Below, one piece after another: positions 35,120-42,905 of a stretch of 42,905 nucleotides of DNA. Position numbers and translations under genes: made by a program. Below the pieces are notes generated by a model. It worked only from the letters and a program-made list of their open reading frames with translations. It ran no database searches and was not told the DNA's origin. Position 1 is the first letter of the stretch; each line of letters begins with the position of its first letter. The DNA is from Pirellulales bacterium (lineage in GTDB: Bacteria > Planctomycetota > Planctomycetia > Pirellulales > UBA7805), in the NCBI GenBank assembly GCA_029245145.1, contig JAQWPY010000087.1:1-42905 (forward strand). Direction: 5' to 3'.

Positions 35120-36205
35120 TTAACTCTTGATCACGTCCTCGATCGCCCGAACCACTGGTTCGAGAAACTTTGTATTTCGATCGAGTGCCACAACGACCGT
35201 TTTTTGCTCAAGTCCGTCCGCCCGCGTCGACGACATCGGAATCACTTTTCTTCCATCTTCGAGTCGTACGCGTACGGTAAAACTACCATCCTCCCGCAAC
35301 TCAAGCGGTTCGCCGCGAAATACAACGTGCGATCCGGGGGTCGTCTGTCCATAGATGATCAATTCGGAGTCCACTTCAAAGGGGAAATCCTGCTTCTTCG
35401 CTGCGATGGCATCAGCTCCAATGCCATAGCGTGTCACCAGTGGTGAACCCATCGGGCGACGCAACCTCTCTTCGAACAGATCGCGGAGGTAGTCCGCATC
35501 TCCCCCTTCTTCCAGTCCACCACTCATGGCGTAAATTTTGTCGCACTGATGAGCCACGTCCTGCCAATTTTCGTCTAGAACCGCGTTATCCTCTCGCGGT
35601 CGCGTGGTCACGGTATTGCTCGTCGCGAGACAGTGGAAACGTTCCCCGGCCAGAAACCCGATTTTGACGCGGAAGGAGGCGGGCGGATCAGCAACGTCGA
35701 TATACCAGTTGTTCACCTTACCGTGGATCGGAATATCACGAATCACGCGTTCGCTCACTTTCGCCGAGGCCGTTTGACCTGCTTCCACGAGTCTCAGTGT
35801 CGGCTGAGCACGATGCCAATCGCGATCGAGGGCGGCTGCCGCCCGCTCGATACTCTGCCGCTTCAGGTCCCAGGAGGCTTGCAGCCAGTAAGGATCGCGA
35901 ACGAGCAAGACGATCGCGTCCGCTTTGCTCCGGACCGGACGGCGGGACTGACCCTGTTTTATGGCATTGACCAACCGCTGCGCGGACTGAAATTCACCCG
36001 TCTCCGCTTCGCCACGCGCCTTTTTCACGCTCCTCGCTCGCGAGCCATCCAAAGTGCCCTTCCGCCGCGATTTGCGACGGGTCGCCAAAAGAAGAGCACG
36101 TACAAGCTCTTCCTTCCGCATGGCATGCCACCCGGAAACTCCGTCTTTTTTAGCCAATTGAGCCAGATCTTTACACGTGAGTGCACGCAGGGACGCAGCA
36201 GTCAT
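35120..36205 (-). CDS. DUF4912-domain protein with an N-terminal Rho_N/SAP-like helix-hairpin
   Basis: Track ORF runs to 36220. The ATG at 36205 has GAGGGAG 7 nt upstream. N-terminal LTCKDLAQLAKKDGVSGWHAMRKEELVRALL resembles the Rho N-terminal/SAP motif. The remainder resembles DUF4912 proteins as I recall them. Confidence 0.65.
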   Translation of the reverse strand: MTAASLRALTCKDLAQLAKKDGVSGWHAMRKEELVRALLLATRRKSRRKGTLDGSRARSVKKARGEAETGEFQSAQRLVNAIKQGQSRRPVRSKADAIVLLVRDPYWLQASWDLKRQSIERAAAALDRDWHRAQPTLRLVEAGQTASAKVSERVIRDIPIHGKVNNWYIDVADPPASFRVKIGFLAGERFHCLATSNTVTTRPREDNAVLDENWQDVAHQCDKIYAMSGGLEEGGDADYLRDLFEERLRRPMGSPLVTRYGIGADAIAAKKQDFPFEVDSELIIYGQTTPGSHVVFRGEPLELREDGSFTVRVRLEDGRKVIPMSSTRADGLEQKTVVVALDRNTKFLEPVVRAIEDVIKS

Positions 36206-36317
36206 CCGAGTCTCCCTCATTGGGCGTCAAGTTATTTATTCTCCGAAATCCCGGCTGCCAAGGTTCTTTACCGTGCAGACCCTCGACACATGCGGAGAAG
36301 TTGATATGTCTACTCTG

Positions 36318-36346
36318 ATTCTAATTGCCCGGCGGTAAAAAGGCAA
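36318..36346 (-). promoter_or_regulatory. Candidate sigma70-type promoter for the DUF4912 gene
   Basis: Minus strand reads TTGCCT (36346-36341), a 17-nt spacer, then TAGAAT (36323-36318). Confidence 0.3.
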
Positions 36347-36618
36347 AATTTTTATGCTGATTTACTGCCACAACTCCTTCTGCTCTCTACATTTACAAAT
36401 TTTGCTTCCCACTCCTCTGCCCTCTCCGTCTGGTACCCGTGGAGCCGACACCCGACCCGGCCGAAGTCCGCTCCGCCGGTACCGGCCACACCTCACCTCA
36501 CGAGACGAGCGTTCAGTTCGTCAACGGGTCGTTCCGCGGTGAGCGGCTTCCGCTGGGCCGCCCCGAACCGATTCCGAAATCGACTCGTCGCAAATCAAAT
36601 TTTCGGTGAGCCGCTTGG

Positions 36619-36647
36619 TTGACCCTGTTTTACGGTTCGAGTAGATT
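36619..36647 (+). promoter_or_regulatory. Candidate sigma70-type promoter for the atp operon
   Basis: TTGACC (36619-36624), a 17-nt spacer, then TAGATT (36642-36647). It lies about 125 nt upstream of the first atp-associated ORF. Confidence 0.35.
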
Positions 36648-36770
36648 GTCCGACTCGTTGCGGGACCGAGTGAGGCCACCGCTGCGTGAACGTTTCAGAT
36701 TGTTATAAATGATGATTTGGCAATACGTTCCAGCCAATTCTTCAGCCCACTTTCTTGTCTGTGAGCATCA

Positions 36771-37043
36771 GTGATAAAGGTCGCTCCGGATGATGGTCGT
36801 CCGCCCCTTGCCCAAGCGGCCGCTTGGGCCTCTCGGGTGATGACGGTGGCTTTAGAAATGGTCCTGCCAGGTGTGCTGGGAATCTGGATCGATCGTCAAC
36901 TCGGTTACAAAGCTGCCTTTACGCTCGTCGGTTTTGGGATCGGTTTTTCCGTGGCGTTGTGGCATCTTTTGCAACTGACCAAACACAATACCAAGCGACG
37001 AGAGAACACGGGCGAAAATCAAGATCAGATACGAGACGAGTGA
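36771..37043 (+). CDS. AtpZ/ATPase_gene1-like small membrane protein
   Basis: 90 aa with a GTG start and two TM helices (VMTVALEMVLPGVLGIWIDRQLG / FTLVGFGIGFSVALWHL). It occupies the first position of the atp operon. Confidence 0.65.
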   Translation: MIKVAPDDGRPPLAQAAAWASRVMTVALEMVLPGVLGIWIDRQLGYKAAFTLVGFGIGFSVALWHLLQLTKHNTKRRENTGENQDQIRDE

Positions 37044-37054
37044 GCGACCGGTCG

Positions 37055-37474
37055 ATGGAAAGTAAACGAGTGAATCAGGCGAACGGAACGATGGCACATC
37101 GCGCCGACAGGGCTGGGCATTGGTTTGTTGCGGTCCTGTTTCTAGGATTGCTGTGCTTGGCGTGCGATTGGGCGGACTTCGCCGTACCGACTGCCATACT
37201 TCTCGCGATCGTCACGTGTGCGGGTGCCGTCTTTCTCAGTCGTCTGTTCAACCGACTGATCTACGGTGATCGACTCGATCCGATGTACTGCACGCTGATT
37301 GGTATGTTTCTACGAATGGCCCTGCCTCTTGGTCTCTGCATGGCACTCGCCATAAGCCGGAGTACTTTACTGGATGCGGGGTTTGCCTATTATCTCATCG
37401 CCTCCTACCTCGTTGTGTTAGCGATGGATGTGGGAATCACCCTCGCTCAGATCAGAAACAAAGTTGCCTCTTAA
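37055..37474 (+). CDS. ATP synthase protein I-like small membrane protein
   Basis: In-frame ATG at 37055 within track ORF 36824..37474; ATG 37091 is an alternative. It has 3-4 hydrophobic helices and sits between the atpZ-like gene and atpB. Confidence 0.5.
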   Translation: MESKRVNQANGTMAHRADRAGHWFVAVLFLGLLCLACDWADFAVPTAILLAIVTCAGAVFLSRLFNRLIYGDRLDPMYCTLIGMFLRMALPLGLCMALAISRSTLLDAGFAYYLIASYLVVLAMDVGITLAQIRNKVAS

Positions 37475-37485
37475 GGGCGTTTTTC

Positions 37486-38391
37486 ATGTCGTCGGAAACA
37501 GGTCATCATCACGATCCATTGGACCCCGGGCATCTGTTCGGTCATGTGCAGGACGCGCATCACTTTGAACTGCCTCACGCGATCGCAGATGAAGGCAAAT
37601 TACATATCCTGCAACCCTTTGAGCCCTTTATTGACGAAGTATTGGTAAAGGCCGATCCCGATTTCCACATGGCACCCTTTGATTTGCTGGTGTCGAAGTT
37701 CATGGTTCTCGAGGTTGTAGCGGCAATTGTTTTGATCTTTTTCTTTATCGGGCTTGCACGAAAGATATCGGACGGCACACCGGCGCGCGGAAAATGGGCA
37801 AACATGCTCGAATCGATGCTCGTGTTCATCCGGGACGAGGTGGCGCGACCGGCCATCGGAAGAGAGGATGCCGATCGCTTTATGCCATTTCTTTGGACGA
37901 TGTTCTTTTTTGTCCTGATATGCAACTTGATCGGCTTGGTTCCCTGGGCTGGTTCGGCAACCGGCGCACTCGGTACAACATTTACCTTAGCGATGATGAC
38001 CTTCGGCATGGTGCTGACCGCTGGGATACGCAAGATGGGGCTGATCGGTTTCTGGAAATCGCTTGTGCCTCACATGGATTTACCTTTCGTACTCGCCATC
38101 TTTTTGCTCCCGATGATTTTCGTGATCGAAGTGGCGGGGCTACTGATCAAGCACCTTGTACTGGCTGTGCGTCTGCTGGCCAATATGGTAGCTGGCCATC
38201 TAGTACTAGCTGTCCTATTGGCTTTTATTTTAAAGTATGCCGATTCTTATGCATTTTTTGGAGTGGCACCCGTTGCGGTCGCCGGGGCAAGCGCATTGAC
38301 CTTACTTGAGTTACTTGTGGCCTTCCTCCAGGCCTATATTTTCACGTTCCTAAGTGCTCTGTTTATTGGCACTGCTATTCACCCCCACTAG
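37486..38391 (+). CDS. atpB: F0F1 ATP synthase subunit a
   Basis: 301 aa, multi-pass. Contains the conserved LAVRLLANMVAGH arginine motif. Confidence 0.93.
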   Translation: MSSETGHHHDPLDPGHLFGHVQDAHHFELPHAIADEGKLHILQPFEPFIDEVLVKADPDFHMAPFDLLVSKFMVLEVVAAIVLIFFFIGLARKISDGTPARGKWANMLESMLVFIRDEVARPAIGREDADRFMPFLWTMFFFVLICNLIGLVPWAGSATGALGTTFTLAMMTFGMVLTAGIRKMGLIGFWKSLVPHMDLPFVLAIFLLPMIFVIEVAGLLIKHLVLAVRLLANMVAGHLVLAVLLAFILKYADSYAFFGVAPVAVAGASALTLLELLVAFLQAYIFTFLSALFIGTAIHPH

Positions 38392-38450
38392 AGACACAAC
38401 TGGGCGGCGTCTGCCGCAGAGGATTCAAGATTCCCTGAAAATTTTGATAG

Positions 38451-38768
<318 letters not shown>

Positions 38769-38772
38769 GCCC

Positions 38773-38796
38773 AACCGATCCTGGCGGATTGGTTTT
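38773..38796 (+). terminator. Hairpin followed by a short U-run between atpE and atpF (possible intra-operon attenuator)
   Basis: AACCGATCC-TGGC-GGATTGGTT forms 9 bp including one G-U, followed by TT. It lies 5 nt after the atpE stop. Confidence 0.3.
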
Positions 38797-38843
38797 CCAG
38801 TCCGTAGGTGACCATTAGGTTTGAAGGAAAGGATGTGTTAGTG

Positions 38844-39434
38844 ATGATTCACTGCGCGTATAGGTACGTTGTAGTGGGGCTATGCCTGGGAATGCCGACT
38901 GTAGCGATGGCTGCAGGTGGAGCCGGGCCGGACCCACTGCTGTTTGATGTTGATTTAGCTATCTGCACCGCAATTGTCTTCCTCCTGACACTCTTCATTC
39001 TCCGTAAATTTGCCTGGGGACCGATCTCCGCCGGACTTGAAAAGCGAGAACAGTCGATTGCCGACAATATCGCGACAGCGGAAAATGCGGCCGATGAAGC
39101 ACGGAAATTGACGGCACACTACGAAGAGAAACTGGCAGGTGCCGCCGATGAAGTTCGGGCGATCCTTGATGAGGCCCGACGTGATGCGGAACATACCGGT
39201 CAGCAAATCGTGGAAAAAGCGCAGGCGAAGGCAGTCGAAGAGAGCCAGCGGCTACTCCGCGAAGTGGAGCAGGCGAAGCAGTCTGCACTCCGTGAAATTT
39301 CCGACCGCAGCGCCAATCTTGCGATCTCGCTCGCGGGAAAAATTATTGCCAAAGAATTAAAAACTGAAGATCACGCGGCACTGATCCGCAACGATTTGTC
39401 AAAGTTTTCGGAGGCAAATCCCAGCGATAACTGA
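38844..39434 (+). CDS. atpF: F0F1 ATP synthase subunit b
   Basis: The track ORF starts at a GTG at 38808. The ATG at 38844 (or GTG at 38841) lies 9-12 nt after GAAGGAAAGGA. One TM helix is followed by a long charged coiled-coil (EKREQSIADNIATAENAADEARKL). Confidence 0.85.
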   Translation: MIHCAYRYVVVGLCLGMPTVAMAAGGAGPDPLLFDVDLAICTAIVFLLTLFILRKFAWGPISAGLEKREQSIADNIATAENAADEARKLTAHYEEKLAGAADEVRAILDEARRDAEHTGQQIVEKAQAKAVEESQRLLREVEQAKQSALREISDRSANLAISLAGKIIAKELKTEDHAALIRNDLSKFSEANPSDN

Positions 39435-39457
39435 GTTTTCGCTGCGTACACGTACCG

Positions 39458-40069
39458 ATGGTGGCACAAAAAAAAGAAATCGATTTGATTGGTGAAAGGG
39501 TAGCGGCCATTTACGGTCGGGCCCTGTTCGATGCTGCTGTCGCATCGGGAAATCGCGATGCGGTGATCGAGCAAGTCGATTCTCTGATCACGGAGGTACT
39601 CGATCGGTCTCCCCAACTTGAGACGCTCTTTGCCAATCCGATGATCGCCGTGGAGGATAAGAAACGCCTTATCCAATCGATCTTTTCTGCAACGGCGCTA
39701 CCGCTGGTGCTGAGTTTTTTACAGACACTGGCCAACAATGCGCGACTCGGTTACCTGCGGTCCATCGTAAGTCAGGTACATCGGCTCAAGAATGAGGCGT
39801 CGAACGTGCAGCAGATTGGTGCCACGACCGCCGTACCACTGACGGCCGAGTTGGAACAGAACCTCCAGGAGGCGGCTGCCCGTGTACTCGGCTCGCAGGT
39901 AGAACTCGAGACCGATGTAGACCCTTCCATGATCGGGGGCGTGATGCTTCGCATCGGCGATACCGTCTACGACGGATCGATCGCAGCGCGATTAGAGAAG
40001 CTTCGCAAGCAAATGAGCCACGGAGTCGTTGAAGCGATCGAAACGGACCGCAGCAAATTTGAGAACTGA
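39458..40069 (+). CDS. atpH: F0F1 ATP synthase subunit delta (OSCP)
   Basis: 203 aa. It sits between atpF and atpA and carries the C-terminal GGVMLRIGDTVYDGSI motif typical of delta. Confidence 0.85.
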   Translation: MVAQKKEIDLIGERVAAIYGRALFDAAVASGNRDAVIEQVDSLITEVLDRSPQLETLFANPMIAVEDKKRLIQSIFSATALPLVLSFLQTLANNARLGYLRSIVSQVHRLKNEASNVQQIGATTAVPLTAELEQNLQEAAARVLGSQVELETDVDPSMIGGVMLRIGDTVYDGSIAARLEKLRKQMSHGVVEAIETDRSKFEN

Positions 40070-40135
40070 AATACAAGGCGGCAACGCCTTACAAACGAAC
40101 CCTACAGACCACGAATTAATTTCCGGTAACGAAAC

Positions 40136-41650
40136 ATGAAATTCAAAGCTGATGAAATTGCCTCGGTAATCCAAAAAGAAATTGAGGGATTCGAGGCGCA
40201 AATTGATGTGCGTGAGGTCGGCCAAGTACTTGAGGTAGGCGATGGAATTGCACGCGTCTATGGCCTTTCCGGCGTGATGGCCGGAGAAATGGTGGAATTT
40301 CCCGGTGGCATTATCGGCCTCGCCTTCAATCTCGAAGAGGATTCGGTCGGCGTGATCATCCTGGGCGATTACCTGGCCATCAATCAGGGAGATGAGGTTA
40401 AAAGCCTCGGCAAATTGCTCTCGATTCCGGTCGGTGATGCGACTCTCGGTCGGGTGGTCGATCCACTCGGAAACCCCCTCGACGGCAAGGGGCCGATCAC
40501 GACGAGCGATTCACGACCGGTGGAAATCATCGCCCCGGGTGTCTCGGAGCGACAACCGGTTTGTGAACCGATGCAAACCGGCATCAAGGCGGTTGACGCA
40601 ATGACACCCATTGGTCGCGGACAGCGAGAGCTGATTATCGGTGATCGAAAAACGGGAAAAACGGCAATCGCGATAGACGCGATTTTGAATCAGAAAAATA
40701 CGGGCGTGAAGTGCTTCTATGTGGCGGTAGGCCAGAAGGACTCCTCGGTCGCCCAAGTGATTGAAATCCTGCGCGAAAATGGAGCCATGGACTACACGAC
40801 GGTCATCATGGCGGGTGCCAGCGCGCCGGCATCACTGCAATATTTGGCGCCCTATTCGGGAACCGCCATGGCCGAGCATTTCATGTTTGGCGGCGGACAC
40901 GCCCTGGTCGTCTACGACGATCTTTCCAAACAGGCACAAGCGTATCGAGAACTCTCCCTGCTCATGCGGCGGCCCCCTGGCCGAGAAGCGTATCCGGGCG
41001 ACGTGTTCTACTGCCACAGCCGTTTGCTCGAGCGGTCGAGTAAACTTTCCGACGCGCTCGGCGGAGGTTCGCTTACCTCGCTTCCGATTATCGAAACACT
41101 GGAAGGGGAAGTTTCGGCCTATATCCCGACCAACGTGATTTCAATTACCGACGGCCAGATTTATCTGCAGCCCGATCTTTTCTTTGCGGGCCAGCGTCCG
41201 GCGATGAATGCGGGTATTTCCGTCTCTCGTGTAGGTGGCGCCGCGCAGGTTAAAGCGATGAAGAAGGTAGCCGGCGGCTTGCGTCTTGACCTGGCGGCAT
41301 TTCGTGAGCTTGAGGCGTTCGCCCAACTCGGCACCGACCTCGATGCCTCCACGCAGTCACAGCTCGATCGCGGCTACCGGATGGTGGAGTTGCTCAAGCA
41401 AGGGCAATACAAGCCGATGCACGTCGTGGATCAAGTCCTCAGCGTTTATGCCGGAACCCGCGGCTATTTGGATTCTATTCCGGTCGAACAGGTTGCCCGC
41501 TGGGAGGAAGAGTTCCTTCAGTTCATCCGGGAGCAAAAGCGTGAAATCTGGTCGAAGCTGGATGAAACTGGTGAGTTGGACGACGAAACCGACAAAGCGA
41601 TTGAAAGTGCCATCGGGGACTTTCAAAAGCAATTTGATGGAAGTCAATGA
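40136..41650 (+). CDS. atpA: F0F1 ATP synthase subunit alpha
   Basis: 504 aa with the GDRKTGKT P-loop and full-length alpha-subunit pattern. Confidence 0.97.
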   Translation: MKFKADEIASVIQKEIEGFEAQIDVREVGQVLEVGDGIARVYGLSGVMAGEMVEFPGGIIGLAFNLEEDSVGVIILGDYLAINQGDEVKSLGKLLSIPVGDATLGRVVDPLGNPLDGKGPITTSDSRPVEIIAPGVSERQPVCEPMQTGIKAVDAMTPIGRGQRELIIGDRKTGKTAIAIDAILNQKNTGVKCFYVAVGQKDSSVAQVIEILRENGAMDYTTVIMAGASAPASLQYLAPYSGTAMAEHFMFGGGHALVVYDDLSKQAQAYRELSLLMRRPPGREAYPGDVFYCHSRLLERSSKLSDALGGGSLTSLPIIETLEGEVSAYIPTNVISITDGQIYLQPDLFFAGQRPAMNAGISVSRVGGAAQVKAMKKVAGGLRLDLAAFRELEAFAQLGTDLDASTQSQLDRGYRMVELLKQGQYKPMHVVDQVLSVYAGTRGYLDSIPVEQVARWEEEFLQFIREQKREIWSKLDETGELDDETDKAIESAIGDFQKQFDGSQ

Positions 41651-41725
41651 AACGCTGAAGTTGCAAACCGATATTCGCAAGGCACAGCAAAAGTAAAAAA
41701 GAATAGTTAGTGGCGGGATCAACCG

Positions 41726-42622
41726 ATGGCAAATGCCAGAGCACTCGATAAACGGCGCAAGTCGATCAAAAACATCCGCAAAATAACGCGGACGATGGAA
41801 TTGATCGCGACGGCTCGCTTCAAGCAGGCGATGGATCGTGCGAGCGCGGCGGCCGCCTACACGAACCGAATTACCAGCTTGGTTGCCAATTTGGCCAACA
41901 CGGGCATGGAACTGAGCCATCCGCTGCTCGAATCGCGCGACAATCCCCGCACCTCGCTGCAACTCGTACTCACATCGAATCGGGGTCTCTGCGGAGGCTA
42001 TAACGGTAATGTCCTTCGATTGGCGAACGACAATCATCAGCAACTGGCGGATGAATTCCCCACATCACTTCTTGAGATCTCAGGGAAGCGGGGCGTGACC
42101 TATTTTGAAAATCGTGAGACCGCATTGGCGGAGACTTTCCTTCAATTTGAAGACAAACCGAAGTACGAGGAAGTGGAACAAATTGCAAACCGCTATCTCG
42201 ACGCCTACGCGACCGGGATGATCGATCGCTTGGATGTCTGCTACACAAAATTCTCGAGCATCGCCCGCCAGGAGGCTACCGTCGAAACGCTTTTGCCCCT
42301 TGGCACACTGATTGACGGCCCCGGCGATCTCGAGCAAGGGAGCGAGGGACACGAGGGACAAGGGAAGATTGAATTTTTACCTTCCGCAGAGAGTATCTTG
42401 CAGGAGGTCGTCCCCATGAGCTTCAAAGTAAAGCTCTTTAAATGCTTCCTCGATGCCGCCGTGAGTGAGCAAGTAGCGAGAATGGTGGCCATGAAGTCAG
42501 CCACAGAAAACGCAGACGAACTGATTCGAGAACTTTCGATGACCTACAACCGAGCCCGCCAGGGGCAAATTACGGGTGAGCTGCTCGAAGTGATGGGCGG
42601 CGTTGAAGCTTTGAAAAACTAA
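41726..42622 (+). CDS. atpG: F0F1 ATP synthase subunit gamma
   Basis: 298 aa with N-terminal RKSIKNIRKITRTMELIA and the C-terminal ITGELLEVMGG helix. Confidence 0.93.
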   Translation: MANARALDKRRKSIKNIRKITRTMELIATARFKQAMDRASAAAAYTNRITSLVANLANTGMELSHPLLESRDNPRTSLQLVLTSNRGLCGGYNGNVLRLANDNHQQLADEFPTSLLEISGKRGVTYFENRETALAETFLQFEDKPKYEEVEQIANRYLDAYATGMIDRLDVCYTKFSSIARQEATVETLLPLGTLIDGPGDLEQGSEGHEGQGKIEFLPSAESILQEVVPMSFKVKLFKCFLDAAVSEQVARMVAMKSATENADELIRELSMTYNRARQGQITGELLEVMGGVEALKN

Positions 42623-42667
42623 CATGATGAGAGCGGGGCTCTCGAGATACTGGAGAGGTACAACCTA

Positions 42668-42905
42668 ATGGCAACTGCAACGGAAACCGGTAAAAACGTG
42701 GGGCACATCACCCAAGTTATCGGATCGACATTCGATGTCGAATTCTCGGAAACGCATCTGCCGGCGATTTACAACGCCGTGAAGATCAAATCCTCCCACA
42801 AGGGGATCAGCATCGATTTAAGTGGCGAAGTACAGCAGCACCTCGGGGGTGGTCGTGTCCGCTGCGTTGCCCTGGGCAGCACCGACGGGATGATGCGAGG
42901 CCAGG
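42668..42905 (+). CDS. atpD: F0F1 ATP synthase subunit beta (N-terminal 79 codons; continues past the window end)
   Basis: My translation from the ATG at 42668 reads MATATETGKNVGHITQVIGSTFDVEFSETHLPAIYNAVKI...GGGRVRCVALGSTDGMMRGQ, the typical beta-subunit N-terminal barrel. It follows atpG. Confidence 0.92.
   Translation, partial: MATATETGKNVGHITQVIGSTFDVEFSETHLPAIYNAVKIKSSHKGISIDLSGEVQQHLGGGRVRCVALGSTDGMMRGQ

Noticed and set aside
35633-36304. 223-aa plus-strand ORF
   Set aside because: It is antisense to the DUF4912 gene and its composition is typical of a wrong-frame translation.
41357-42043. 228-aa minus-strand ORF
   Set aside because: It is antisense to the atpA 3' end and the atpG 5' end, both of which are unambiguous. 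It looks like a shadow ORF.

Overview
This 42.9 kb window looks like core chromosome from a moderately GC-rich bacterium. Gene content suggests Planctomycetota (DUF4912, PmoA-like DUF6807, an FHA-GAF-PP2C phosphatase, a tail-anchored Ser/Thr kinase, weak or absent Shine-Dalgarno use), but that assignment is inference only. I found no rRNA, CRISPR array, transposase, integrase or recognisable defence genes.

Coding is dense and mostly housekeeping:
- Amino acid and cofactor metabolism: argG, metK, trpB-trpA, larE.
- Pyrimidine synthesis: tRNA-Gln(CUG) followed by pyrB-pyrC.
- Sugar activation: two tandem NDP-sugar pyrophosphorylases, and an epimerase/HAD hydrolase pair.
- Transport and energy: a CPA1 Na+/H+ antiporter, an SMR exporter, and a complete F1Fo operon (atpZ-like, atpI-like, atpB-E-F-H-A-G and the start of atpD).
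- Signalling and other: an ArsM-like methyltransferase, an FHA-GAF-PP2C phosphatase and a Ser/Thr kinase.

Three things deserve a second look:
1. A co-directional cluster at 24.4-31.3 kb has no assignable product. It holds a glutaredoxin-like protein, DUF2064, two flavoproteins, a radical SAM enzyme with a Cys-rich tail, a metallophosphoesterase and a TlpA-like thioredoxin.
2. A ~234-nt imperfect palindrome in the larE leader (34685-34918) folds as a rod with a central bubble. It could be a 6S-like or novel structured RNA, or a MITE-like element.
3. Short tandem duplications of 11-21 bp recur exactly at gene boundaries. One of them frameshifts and extends the kinase C-terminus.

All family assignments come from reading motifs by eye. 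No searches were run.
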